Positions 1 to 12,894 of a stretch of 64,000 nt of DNA are shown piece by piece. The position numbers and the translations under genes were made by a program. The notes beneath the pieces were generated by a model. The model was not told the DNA's origin. It saw only the letters and a list, made by a program, of their open reading frames with translations, and searched no databases. Location of the stretch: NCBI GenBank assembly GCA_013239625.1, contig MU054220.1, forward strand, positions 1 to 64,000, written 5' to 3'. Positions within the stretch are counted from its first letter, which is position 1. Each line of letters opens with the position of its first letter. Source of the stretch: Lama guanicoe. Its lineage: Eukaryota.

Positions 1-1902
1 CTCTCATCTGGCTGAGTATTTCCACAGTTAAGGGAAGCCAGATGATCTACAATCATGGAAATCTACAGTAAGGGGGAAGCCAGATCAGAAAATGAAGCTT
101 CAGTGCCTCCTATCTTATGTGCCCAATTTACTTTATACATGGTGTACTTCATTCCCATGTGAATAATCAGAGATGGGAAAATAGTTCATAGAGACTAATG
201 AACTTCCTAAATGTCCTCTGCTATGGATTGGAGGGGACCGTGATATAATCATAGAATTTACACACTGTTTAATGTTAAAAGAATGGCTCTAGAGACACTC
301 CTTTTCAACATGGCAAGCTAATAATTCCTTTCGCATTTTCATTCTCTTCTTCCCCATATTTCTACGTGGCTGGCTTCTTCTCACTAAGTAAACAGTCATA
401 TTTTCAAAGAGATCTTCTGTCACCCTGTCTGCATCCTGCCTCTCCTTGTTTCTGATCTCATTGGCAAACTGTGTGTTTGTCACTGTAGCTCCAGTCCCTG
501 AAGTATCTCACTTGTATATTTATCATGTACTTCTTTTCAGCAAGAATAAATTATGATGCAGGCCAGAATCCTGCATATCTTGTTTAACCTCCTATTTCCA
601 GAATTCACAATATTTCTAGATACAACAAATATATCTGACATATAACTGGCTTTGATGTTTATAAAATGAATTAATCTAAGCAATTACAAGCAAAGGCCCA
701 TTTATATGTCAGTAGCATCCTCCTCAAACACTATTAATATGGAGAGCTTAAATTTCCAAGATGATGGTAATTATACAGATGCAGCCTTAAGAACTCACAG
801 CAAATTTTTATTTCTTGGAGAAGTCAACAGGGGAAATGTATTAAAAGGAGAAGAGATTTCTTGGGAGCATTTCCCTTGTGGTGACATTAAATTTGCGTAT
901 AAATAGGCATAGAATTGATTGTTCCTGAAAACCAGTGGAATCTGAAATGAGAGACAATAATTATTAAAATGTGTCACCTCAATTTTACCTCATGGTATTT
1001 GTCTAGGTACTTATCTATTGACATAATTCTGATATTGGGTGCTACGTGATTTAACCACCTGTGGTTTACATTTTTTTTAAGATAAAAGCTATTAGAGCCT
1101 GTGCTTTTAAATACCTTTCACCTTATCCTGCTAGTGGCAGTCATCAAGCAAGTACAAGGTAAGGCTAAACTAACTAAAATGTGACTAGGAATTTCATATG
1201 TCGAAAGCATGTGGTATCATATACTTGCATAACGTAGGACTAATATGTCAATAACTAGGTTATAAGACCAGCGTATAAGACCACTGTCTCATAAAATTAG
1301 ATAAATAAGAGGCTACTGTCCAAAGCATGTGAAAATAGGTAAGTTAATATCACATGTGTATTTGTATTTTTATTGACATTGAGAGCCAACTATCATACTG
1401 GAAAATAGCATTCAGTGGAGTTTCAGAGGATTCACTCTATTTACTTCCCTGTGAGTACTAAGTGGCTAGCTGACCTTGCGTGAACATTTAACACTGATGA
1501 GTCTCAAGCTTTTTTCTAAAACTCAATATATTGGAATGGATTTAGTCATTCTCTGACAACTCTCAGTTTGGCTTTAGTCTTATCTGAGCCCTGGGATGTT
1601 AACATTATGGTAATAATTTACCAAATATAAATATATAGTTCTAGTAATATATGAATGCAATTGTTCATTTTAGGACTAAGAAACTGATATAAATATTGAT
1701 GGTCATTGCCTATAAGACCTACTAAAGGAAATAATTGTGCTTAGGTATTCATTTATTGGACACTGTGTGAAACATACATTAATTTTTTCAATTATTTGAA
1801 TTAGAATACAGATACACATGACTCAAGGCTTTCAAGAATAAAACAAAATCATTGGTTTTTTTTTCTCCCACAGACAATACAGGCTGGGTCTTCATGAAGG
1901 CA

Positions 1903-2833
1903 ATGCCAAATTTCACAGATGTGACAGAGTTTATTCTTCTGGGGTTGACCAGTCGTCAGGAGCTTCAAGTTCTTTTTTGGGGTGTTCCTAGTGGTTTACA
2001 TGATCACTCTGTTAGGGAACATCGGTATGATTATTTTGATCAGCATCAGTCCCCAGCTTCAGACCCCTATGTACTTTTTCTTGAGTCACCTGTCTTTTGT
2101 GGATGTGTGGTTTTCTTCCAATGTCACTCCCAAAATGCTGGAAAACTTATTATCAGAGACAAAAACCATCTCCTTCGTGGGGTGTCTGGTGCAGTGTTAC
2201 TTTTTCATCGCCCTTGTCCATGTGGAGGTCTATATCTTGTCTGTGATGGCCTTTGATCGCTACATGGCCATCTGCAACCCTCTGCTTTATGGCAGTAAAA
2301 TGTCCAGGACTGTCTGTATTCAACTCATCTCTGTGCCTTATGTCTACGGATTCTCTGTTAGCTTAATATGCACCCTGTGGACATATGGCTTGTACTTCTG
2401 TGGAAATTTTGAAATTAACCACTTCTATTGTGCTGACCCTCCTCTCATCAAGATTGCCTGTGGGGGGGTCCACATCAAAGAATACACCATGATAGTTATT
2501 GCTGGGGTTAACTTCACGTACTCCCTCTCAGTGGTCCTCATCTCCTATACCCTCATCGTAATAGCCGTGCTACGCATGCGCTCTGCTGATGGGAGGAGGA
2601 AGGCGTTCTCCACCTGCGGGTCCCACTTGACAGCTGTCACCATGTTTTATGGGACTCTCATATTCATGTATCTCAGGAGGCCGACTGAAGAGTCTGTGGA
2701 GCAGGGGAAAATGGTAGCTGTGTTTTATACCACAGTGATTCCCATGCTGAACCCCATGATCTACAGTTTGAGAAACAAAGATGTGAAAGAGGCAGCCAAC
2801 AAAGCAATCATCAAGGCAAACCTGGGGCAGTGA
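1903..2833 (+). pseudogene. OR5M9: Olfactory receptor OR5M9-like with one frameshift in TM1 (pseudogene or homopolymer assembly error)
   Basis: ORF 1852-2256 gives [25 protein letters not shown] (ATG 1903; in-frame ATG also at 1894). ORF 1982-2833 continues in another frame with OR motifs [25 protein letters not shown] and [12 protein letters not shown]. The frames switch at T6G4 (1973-1982). The joined protein closely matches recalled human OR5M9. Polypyrimidine tract plus CAG acceptor ends at 1873. Confidence 0.88.
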
Positions 2834-3941
2834 AACTGCAATAGATATTTCTGAGTTTGTTGCTACTTGTGATACGTGTGCAGGCATGAAAGTTCCTCGC
2901 TCAATACAGACTGTCTAAAGGCAACTCATGTATATATATACATTAGAGCTCCAGTCTAACCCAGTGATGTTTTTACCCCATGCATGGCCTCTAAGTACTA
3001 AGATTGTTATTCTGCATATGCAACTATATCATTCAAACTGACATATTACACATTCACAGTGTATTTAAAATTGTGCAGTCATTGGAGAACTCATAAATAA
3101 GTTGAGATAAATACATGGTGTTTTGGAGATATCTTTGTTAGAGTTGAACAAGATTTCTATGATATTTTCTTTACTCAAATTTTATAAGAAATATATAATT
3201 TCATGAGGAAAAGAATAGGAACTCATCTCTCTTCCCTGATTACAGAATGCTGATGGACCCTGATTTACCAAATAACTTTTTGATAATGTTCATACACACA
3301 TGGACTTTTGATAACAAAATTGCATTGAGAATCTTCAACTAGTGTTGTAACATAGTCCTAAGTTTTGTTCTCAGTATGTATAGCTTGATAATTATCAACA
3401 CTTTTTGTGTGTCAAACAATCTGTTTACTTACCCTGATTCTACTCCTTAGCATGGATTCTGGTTAGTTTTCTTGGTTTTAAAGGGTGAAATGTTTATGAC
3501 ATAACACTTTCCTGTCTTCATCATAATAAAAAAAAATGAACCAATATGAGCTTTCTGATATTTAAAAATCTAACCTTTGGTCATAGCCTTCATCCTGTTA
3601 AACCTTTGCTTGATATGATTTGAAACTATTGTTTGGTTCCAGTTTCTTCTCATGAATGTTACACTCTTTGGCTCTGTTTTAGCAGCTTAAATCAAGCTTC
3701 CAGGGCTTAGAGTGGATCAACCAGATAAGAAGCCCTGTTCAACTAAAAGCCATTGCACTAGGTATGCATTAAAATATGGTCAATACAGCTCAAAATGGTA
3801 TCCATCAGGAGCCAGTTAAAAGTTCTTAAAATCTCACTGTTCATTTACCTAGATTGGTTCCCACATAATCTACATTCATTCTTGCTACAGGAAGAATACA
3901 GACTTTTCTGCCCTTAATGACTCTCATCAGCATAAAGGTGA

Positions 3942-4050
3942 ATGGGAAGTAGAAGTAATTTCTGATGATGGAGTTTATTCTTGGGGCTAAAGAAGCCCTG
4001 TTTACTTACCCTGATTCTACGCAGGGCTAATTGAATTAAAAGGAGTGCAC
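3942..4050 (+). pseudogene. Probable 5' remnant of a degraded OR gene
   Basis: ATGGGAAGTAGAAGTAATTTC...GAGTTTATTCTTGGGGCTA resembles the OR N-terminal N-x-x...EFILLGL signature (compare GAGTTTATTCTTCTGGGGTTG at ~1928). It is preceded by an acceptor-like CTCTCATCAG. No further OR motifs follow. Confidence 0.4.
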
Positions 4051-6436
4051 AATGGAAAATGTGCAGGAGGACTCTGAGAAGTACCATGTGGTGGTGGAAA
4101 CACCACTGGGAGGATGGGCTAATTCAAGCACAGAAAGTACGGCTGCTCAGGCTGACTTGCTAATTAACCATAAGCCACGCTCCTTCCGACTGGATCTGAG
4201 AAAAGGTAGCTGGTGGGAGGAGGGCTGTTCTTTTTCATAAATTTAGGTTCTCAGCAGGAAGAAAAAGTCCCATTAATTGCTATTGGAAATTATATTAACA
4301 AAGTGGATTTCTTTTTTATGTTGTCAAACCACCCAAATCTGGTTCTAAAGAGTTCATGTCAATGTAGTGTCAAAGTAAGACTGCTCAAGAAACTTCAGCT
4401 TTCACAGAGATTGGCATTATAGCCTGACAGTCTAAGACCCTATTTCCTCTGATCCTTATGGCAGAAATATTCCTCAAGATCCACTATTTTATTTTTTCTT
4501 TTAGAAATAAAACACTAGCCCTCTAGCTGTTAGCCACAGTCGCCCTCATTTCTATTAGCCAGGTAGCTAACGTTGTTACAAATGTTTGGGCAATGAGCTG
4601 TCAGTAGAAAGATACGCCTAAACCCAAGGTCATTTCCTCAAGTCAAAGCCACTAGAGCTGGACTTGCTCCTTTCTCTTCCTTCTTGAAAATGTTGCCACT
4701 GAAATAGTTGCTGTAGACTGAGACAAGAAAGCCACATGTGGAGGGTCTAATTGCCTTACCCAAACCCCGTAACTTACACTGTCCCCTGAGAAAGGAATCA
4801 AATCCTATCTCACTAAGTCACTGCATTTTGGGAGTTTGCTCCTTACAGAGCGTGGCTGAAATTGTTCTTATAATTCTTTTCAGGAACATGGTCCTTATCA
4901 CCTGGCCTCTGCATCTGACCACTTCCCAGGGCGAATGTTGCCTTGAGGATGAATGTCTCCTCAGAAAGTGTCTATTCCGACACTGAGCATACTGGGTAAA
5001 GAAGTCTTACCAGAAGGAGGGAAAACTCAACCTCCAGTCTTAGACGTTAGGTTTATCCCCCTTTCCTAACTACTTGGGGAGTCCTTGGACTTGTCATGAC
5101 CTCCAGCTGTCACATTTAGTTGGTTTCGAATCCCTTCGGCCCCAACTCCTAGGCAGCTTCTCCTCACTAGCCTTTGCAGGTACTTACAAGGCTCTTTCAC
5201 AGGCTCAGGGCATCTCAGCCACTTCCTCTGCACTGTTTGTAGGTGTGGACCGGGTGAGTTTCCACCAGACGTTCTAGACAACACATCTTTAGCTCTTCTT
5301 ACTTAGTATGAGTTGAATTGTGTCCTGATAAAATGAATATATTCCGTCACCGATTTGCTCCAGTGTTGGGACTCTGGTTTTTCTCTTAGGCTTTTTGTTT
5401 CAGTAAACCAGGCTCTACCTCGGGGAGGTAAGCTATCATCCTTGCTGCCCCGGGAGCTCTTCAAACCCTTCTGAGCTTTCTTTTTGAAACTGTGTGATTT
5501 TGCAGCAACCTCACCTGAATCCACTGTGCTACCCAGAGGAAGGGGCAGCAGATTCCTCTCCAAAGATTCACTAACCTTTACATCTCACTCGCATCGCCAG
5601 GCTCAGGTTGGGCCCTTACTGCTTGTTTCCAGGAAAACGGCTCCTCCGTCATTAGGAGATCTTTTCTGCTTTCTAGTTTTCTGTATAAACTCCGTGATGG
5701 TCTCTTCACTGTATAAAACTAAGCTTTTGGGATTACAGAACAAGCAAAACAAACATAGCAACAACAAAGGTGTTTTCCTTATATGAGTTCTTGCCCTTGA
5801 CAGCCATGATTTCCAAGACTCATATTTTGGTTTGATGCCTCTGCCCCCCAAAGAAGCTAATCTAGAGCCTGAAAGGCATAGTTGTAATTCTGCCTTTCTT
5901 CAGAATCTGTACCGTTTGCATCCACTTAGAACACCTCATTGTTGATTTAGCAATAGAGTTGGTGTTGGTTAGGGAGGATGCAAAAATAATTTTTAAGATA
6001 CATAATTTAATATGACAATATTGATGTCTTCACATAAATCTAAATTCTAAATTTAACCATGAACCCTGTCCTAACATAACTTGGAATAGCAAGCTAAAGT
6101 GGTTATCATGGGCTTCTGATTAACTTCTATAATTTCTCTTGCCAGTATTTCCCAAAATACAGCACAAGAGATAATTTCACATAGTACCCAGAGATTGTGT
6201 TATTTTAACTTTTTGAGTGTTTGGAATTCTTGTTACTTTATGATGATTTTGGCATGGATTTTTCTCCTTTGCAGTGGTTACAGAAAGTTTAGTTTTCAGA
6301 TTTATTTAAATAAGTTTGTGAGTCAATTAAAATATATTAAGCAAATAATAAATGTGTTGTGCCAATGCATGAAAAATAACAAAGCATAATATTAACTAAA
6401 AGTCAGAAAATACACCCCAAGTCAAGTCACTACAAT

Positions 6437-6545
6437 CACACACACACACACAAAGACACACACTATCATATATATATAGATAGATAGGTAGATAGACAGA
6501 TAAACACATAGATAGATAGATTGATGATAGATAGATAGATAGACA
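6437..6545. repeat. Compound (CA)n/(TA)n/(GATA)n microsatellite
   Basis: Directly visible CACACA..., TATATA... and GATAGATA... runs. Confidence 0.85.
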
Positions 6546-8806
6546 GACCTAGTTACTCTATACATAGTATATAGTACAATATGTGTATACTGTATATACT
6601 GTAGTATATATGTATATGCTTAACTCAGCAGCTTCTCAGGGTACTAGCTTTGTATCAGAGACTACTTCCCGTGGGGTTTTAAACCACCCCATCTTTAATT
6701 TTTTCAGAGCTCCATTGTTTCTGCAATTTCCAAGACTATTAAGTCATTCAAATGGCACAAAATCTGGTAAGTCATTTGTGAAAATCTCTGTTGTCGTACT
6801 GTTTTTTATGTTAATTTTAGTCATATATATATATATATATGACTAAAAGAGAATTGAAGGGAAATCAGGGAAATCTATTGGAGGGACACCAATGGGTTTC
6901 CCATGTTGTTCAATTAACTGTGACTCTAGGACAGAATCAGCTTTGAACGCCTGAGCTTTATAAGCACCCCTCACTCAGAACTTAATAATGTTAAGGCAAC
7001 TGTTTCCCATCACTGACAGGTGGTTTTGAGGAGCCTGGTTAATGAAAATCAGAGATGCTATTCAGCATCACCTAGCTGGAAGTGGTAATACTCAGGTTTC
7101 AACACAAAAGCACAATTCCAAGGATGAGTTTTTTTTTTTTTCCCTAACTTACTGAGATGCCATAGCCTGAACGCAGGCAGATTTGATTCCTGGTCATGCC
7201 TGGTATAGAATCCTGAGCCTTTCATGAGATGAAAGGAGGACTGACAGAGAAAATGAAAAAAGAAATCAGCTCATGGTAGCAGAGGGCTCACACATAATCC
7301 TAGCACATACATCATTGGCATAGCTTCACTTCGTTCATTTGATAATGAACTGCATTTGTTCATTGCTTGTTCACTTTGTTCATTGTTTATTGTTCACAAC
7401 TGCATTATCAAATGAACAAAATTATTTCCCGGTTTGCTAGATTCATTCTAACACCTATCACAGTACGTAGGTCATGGTGGCACAATATTATAATTCAACA
7501 GGCTGACTTACTTCGAATCCATTCACTTTCTAGTTGTCTTACTCTTAGAGGAGGTCATTGAAAGGATGTTTCTGCTAAGTGACTCACAAGATAAACCCTG
7601 GCAATTTGGTGGCTCCTTACCCACTCCCTTCTCCTTTGAATGTATGTTCTGCCCACTGTTCCCAAAGTAAGAGAATGCAGATGTTGTTGAGACCATCTGG
7701 ATGGTATGTGAAAATGAATCAAGTTAAAGCTTCTTTATACACGTTGAAGATTCTGGCAGACAAATGTAGAGATCTACATCCAAGACAAGCCTCATGTGTA
7801 AGTTCTTTTCCTTATCAAACCTGCCACCAATGAATCTAAACTGGTCTGTTGCTAGCTGCCTCTTCTCCCAGAGTTTCCAACGCTGTCAGGCAGAAAATCT
7901 TTTGTTTGTTTGTTTTTTTTGTTTGTTTTTTGCTCTCCAAGAATGACTCACAAAATCATGCACATGGTAGACATGAACATTTGAATTTATGATTGAAAAA
8001 ATAATCTATTACATTCCAGTTGAAGGTTTAAGTGGGTTTTGGATTATGTCTCTTTATAGTACCCGAACATAAACTATATTCTTGACATGGAATAGCCCCC
8101 ATATTTATCTCTTGGTTTTAAGCTACCCCTTCCTATCCTCCAACCCACTGTAATTTCCTCATACCCTTAAAACCTTAAAAGACCTTTAGAAAGCACAGCT
8201 TTGCTCAGGGAACTTAGATATAGCTCTGCATTTTTGTTTTGATAGAGTAATAAAAGGGAATATGGCTTTCTAAAAGCTAATCCTGGTTCCCAGATCTACA
8301 TGGTGAAAAATGATTTTCTTTCAAAGGATGTGCTAATCATGCAATTTCAGGGAGTGGACAGTAGTGAATCCAGGGGTCAGAAGCAGAGAGAGGAATGATG
8401 GGTCACAGACAGGGAACATTGGAGGAGGAGGCTATCACATGGAATGACATAGAGATGGATAAGAAACTTACTTCATCACCATCCTTGCCCCTTTCTCTGT
8501 CTTCCACGATATACAAAACACGAACAATTTTGAAAAGACTGATTAAACCTTATTATCAGTTGAATAGAAGCTAGTCAGGTCAAAGTTATCAGTGTCACAT
8601 ACCCTAAGAGTAGCAATTTGTTAAAAATGTAAATTCTATTCATTTAAAAATTTCCTCTTACTATCGATTACATGAAAACTAGAACTCATGTACAAAATCA
8701 ATTTACTCATAAAGAACGGTAAAAATAAAATGTACTTCATCAAAAGATTAGAAAAACAACATGTCTATCTGCAAGGGGCATTGTTCCAAGTCAGGCTTTG
8801 TTCAAG

Positions 8807-9762
8807 TCACTTTTTAAAGTTTATTAGAGGCAGGACATAGGATTTGTCAATGGCTTTCCTCAAGGCATTCTTTACTTCTTGGTTCCTCAAGCTGTAGATC
8901 ATGGGGTTGAGCATAGGAATGACTATTGTGTAGAACACGGAGGCCATTTTGTCCGTGTCAAGGGAATGGTTTGATTTGGGCTGCAGATACATGAAGATCA
9001 GAGTCCCATAGAATATAGTCGCAGCAGTCAGATGAGAGCCACAAGTCGAGAACGCTTTGCACCTCCCTTCTGTCGACTGGATTCTCAGGATGGCAGCCAC
9101 AATGTATAAGTAAGAAATAAGGATGGTGGTCAAAGAGCTGATCAAGTTGAGTCCAGCAAAGATGAAAATCAAGATCTCCTTGAGGCTGGTGTCTGAGCAG
9201 GCAAGGGCTATCAAAGGGACATCATCACAGTAGAAATGGTTGATGACATTGGGGCCACAGTAGATCAGTTGGAAAGTAACAACTGTGTGGAGCAAAGCAA
9301 CAGAAAAGCTGTATAAGACGGGGCCCGTTACCAGCTGCATACACACCTTTGGGGACATGACCACCACGTAGAGAAGAGGTTGCAGATGGCGACATAGCGG
9401 TCATAAGCCATTACTGCAAGAAGGAACATCTCCAAGATCAAGAAGTTCAGGAAAAAGCCCAGCTGTGTGGCACATGCATAGAAAGATATGGACCTGTGTC
9501 TGGTCAGGAGGGTCTGCAGGAACTTGGGGGCTATTGATGAAGAGTAGCAAAGGTCTACAAAGGCCAGAGTACTGAGAAAAAAGTACATGGGCGTGTGAAG
9601 TCGAGAATCCAGTCGGATTAGTGAAATCATCCCAAGGTTTCCTACCGGAGTTAGAGAATATACCACTAAGACGAGCAGGAAGAGAATGAGTTCAATCCCT
9701 CTGCGGACTGAAAAGCCCGGAAGAATGAATTCCGTCACCCTGGTGCTGTTCCTTTCAGTCAT
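8807..9762 (-). pseudogene. Olfactory receptor (OR5/OR8 family) with a 1-bp deletion after the DRY motif
   Basis: MTERNSTRVTEFIL starts at 9762 and reads LHTPMYFFL...[11 protein letters not shown]. The expected PLLY is shifted by one missing C (GG at 9378-9379 on +). ORF 8807-9367 carries [14 protein letters not shown] and [12 protein letters not shown]. Span is 956 nt, one base short of 318 codons plus stop. Confidence 0.9.
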
Positions 9763-11599
9763 TTGTTCCAATCTCTCAACTGCTGAAGAAAGACAAGTTA
9801 AAGACCAAAAAATTAACGGGCATAAGAAATTGTCACCAGGCATCAACTCTTGTGTGTTTTAGCTTCAGAAATTATTGTTAATTGTGGTAGAATATCAGAA
9901 CAAACCAACACATCCCATTTCAAACTCTCTTCTCTGGCTGTTTATAATTTTATGAGGCCAAAAGTCGAGTTCTCATAAAGATAAACCAATTAAAGTCTAC
10001 AGAGTAAAGGTGAAAAGATGAACAAATGGTGTATGTTTGAAAAGATATTTAATATTTTAGATTCAGACCACTTTCAATTATATTGAATAAAGAGAAGAAA
10101 CCATTTTTTTATTTCCTGCTCCCATATCTTCTTCTTGGTAGAGCAGAACCTTAATGTAGTAATTTATTGCCTTTTTGAGTAGATATTTTTATTTGTCTTT
10201 TAAAGTATAGTTATCTAAGTTAAAGTGTTGTGCCATGTTGCATTTTAACTATTTATGACATTTATAATCAAGAATGTTTTCTACAATCTCTGTTAAATTT
10301 TCAGTGATTATAACTACATTCCTCCTTTTAAAAGGTGGTAATCTCTTTGACGAGAGAAATAGAAAATATGAGGAAGTGAGACTCCTGCCTTATGCTGTTC
10401 TACTTGGATGATGTGTCATTGTGAATTAGATGCCTCTTTCAACTTCTAAAGGAAGATAAATAGCTAACTTTAATTTCAAGAGGAATGCAATAAAATAAAA
10501 AAAAATTATCATCCTTATCAAATTAAAAAAGTGTACAAAGTAGAAAAAATAATTCCTGTTTTCTCCTCAAACATTTTGTCCAAAGGGAAACTTTTTTCTC
10601 TAACAGTTTAGTGAGAGTGGTCAGAAAATTATTCCTTTAAATTTTTTTCTTCTCTCTCTATTGAATCATCTTAATACTATTACTTGTACCTAATGTGCTC
10701 TCTAAAAACAAGAAACAAAAACTATATATGCATACATACACAAACATGCACATACATATATACAGAAACACACACATATACATACAGATACGTGCATATA
10801 TACACACGTACGTAGTTACATATTGGTGCGTATATAAAACCTGACATGAAAACAAATTTTCCCTCCATCCATTTATTTTCCACTTAGCGAAGTCAAAACC
10901 CACCTTGTGAGAGGTGTGTTTGAACTGGCTTGTCTTCCTGAACTGGCATCCTAACACAGCTACGGTGCTATAGCTCACTATTCTGGGAATAGAAGAAGAA
11001 ATGAGAAAACATTGATTTGGCCACCATGTGCTCACTACCATCCATGGCAACATGACTGGTCCCACTCTCGGTCTTCCACGATAAGTATCCTTTCAGATGT
11101 TTTAGGGGTAATTAGTGGAAGTGTTGGTATTGAGTTACTTTTCTTTGTGCATACATTGGAATTAGGCTTATTTTTTTATTTTTCTTCTTTGTAATTAAAG
11201 AAAAAACTTGCAAAACCCAGACACGCTCATCAATTTCAAATACCCACGAATGTCTCTGATAGATGTTTCTTAAACCATCAACATTTCCCCCTGAGAGAAA
11301 GACAACTCCCCCACACACAAAGGCTCTTCCTCCAGAGGATTTGACTTCTGACGTTTTATCAACAGATAAAACATGTTTTCTTCTTCTAAAGGACACCCAA
11401 GTCTCAGGCAGCAGTTGAAGAAGATATTTCATTTGGGGAGGGTTAAGAAAGCTGTTTCATTCTTGAGAAGAGACGTCAGCTTCATCTGGTTGGAGGTGAA
11501 CTTAGCCAGGGTCATCTCCTTTGTTTTAAATGGGGGAAAATTGTGGATGACCTGGAAATAAGGCGCTATGTAATGACCAACAGCAGTACTTGTTAACCT

Positions 11600-11830
11600 A
11601 CCAGCATGTGGAAGAAATCTTCCCCTGAATGTTTCCCCAGGGGTCTCCTTTCCAAGGACCCTCTCAGTCAGGATGTGTGAATGAGTGCTCCAGGTCTTTA
11701 TATAACGCAGTCTCGATTCTTTTGAGAGTTAATTCCTAGTGTTCCCCCAATGTGAGTACACCAGAGTGCAACTGTGCACCCTCCAGGGTGCAACCTGATT
11801 AGAAAGTTCCAATTAGATGAAGATTAGCTG
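11600..11830 (-). promoter_or_regulatory. Candidate promoter and non-coding first exon of the OR at 8807-9762
   Basis: On the minus strand: homeodomain-type CTAAT sites (11796-11827), TATATAAA (within 11697-11705), O/E (EBF)-like TCCCCAGGGG (11634-11643) and donor CTG|GTAGGT at 11601. A CAGCAG acceptor lies at 9780-9785, just before the ATG. Confidence 0.45.
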
Positions 11831-12514
11831 ATAAAAACAAGGGTAACTTTAAGTTATATTTGAAACTAGAATAATGTCAGCATGAACTCACTAGTCCTTG
11901 GTTATGTACGTCCAGTTCAATTGCTATAAGCAAAACAAAGAAAAGCAAAAACAAATGGCAAACAATTTAAATATTACAACCACTTTTAATGTCTTGTCAT
12001 CATTTGTTTTCATTTGTCCCTTCCATTCCGTGATCCTCTCAGCCAAAGGGATTCTGATTCAATTATTTGTTCTCTATTTACTGAATGTGTTTTATACCTT
12101 GAAGTTGTAAGTTATCAAGCAATCTGTTTGTTTATTTTTATAATATGTAATCAATAAATACCTGATATCTACATCCTAGACAGTAAACATTTAACTCTTT
12201 ATAATCACCTGGCATTGATTTGTTGTAGGACCTAAGCAAGAATTAAGGTATCATATGTACAAATAGCTAACTAATTGCCTTGATATTATTAATTGAATAA
12301 TCCACCTCTTTCTTATTAATTTACGGTTAATGGACTTTAAACATATCACCTCATTTACTAAAATAATTCAATAAAATCAACCAGCTTCTGTATATATTAA
12401 AAAAAAACCTTGGAGTATTAGTATTGATAGGTATGGGGCATTTTTATATATCCTTTATTTTTTTTAAAAAAATACATATATATGCATACATTTTTCTAGC
12501 ATAAAAAGAAAGTA

Positions 12515-12725
12515 CAGTTGAAACCTGAACAACACAGGTGTGAACAGCATAGATCCACTCATAGGAGATTTTTTTCCAATAAATACTCCTCCAGTACTAC
12601 ACCTCCCAAGGTCGGGGGGCTCTGCAGGTGTGGAGCTGCAGTTACAACTCTGCTGTAAACTTATAGGCAGATTTTCCATCTGGAGGGGTTGGTGCCTCTA
12701 ACCTCACGTTGCTCAAGGTTTATGT
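12515..12725. mobile_element. Tigger2-type (TcMar) DNA transposon derivative
   Basis: Begins TA|CAGTTGAAACCTGAACAACACAGGTGTGAAC..., matching the recalled Tigger2/MER28 terminus, and ends with the degenerate inverted terminus GTTGCTCAAGGT. Confidence 0.65.
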
Positions 12726-12894
12726 TAGCTGCTTACAAAATTTGGTATACAGAAATACATGGAAAAAATCTCGAGGTAACTGCTCTTTAAGTTTGGGGAC
12801 AATTCATTGTTCATTTTTCTTTTTCTTTTTTCTGTATTTTATTAAATTGTGTTCAGAGTATATGACAATTTACTGCTTACAATGAATTTTTTTC

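Noticed and set aside
25..85. Short imperfect direct repeat ACAGT(T)AAGGG..AAGCCAGAT; also TATAAGACCA twice at ~1261-1283
   Set aside because: Ordinary local slippage duplications with no further structure
4860..5700. GC-richer stretch with several short ORFs and splice-like sites
   Set aside because: No ORF resembles a known protein and I found no poly-A or TSD of a retrocopy; cannot support a call
10658..11065. 135-aa minus-strand ORF
   Set aside because: Kept open by (CA/TA)n low-complexity sequence that yields VCIYMC repeats
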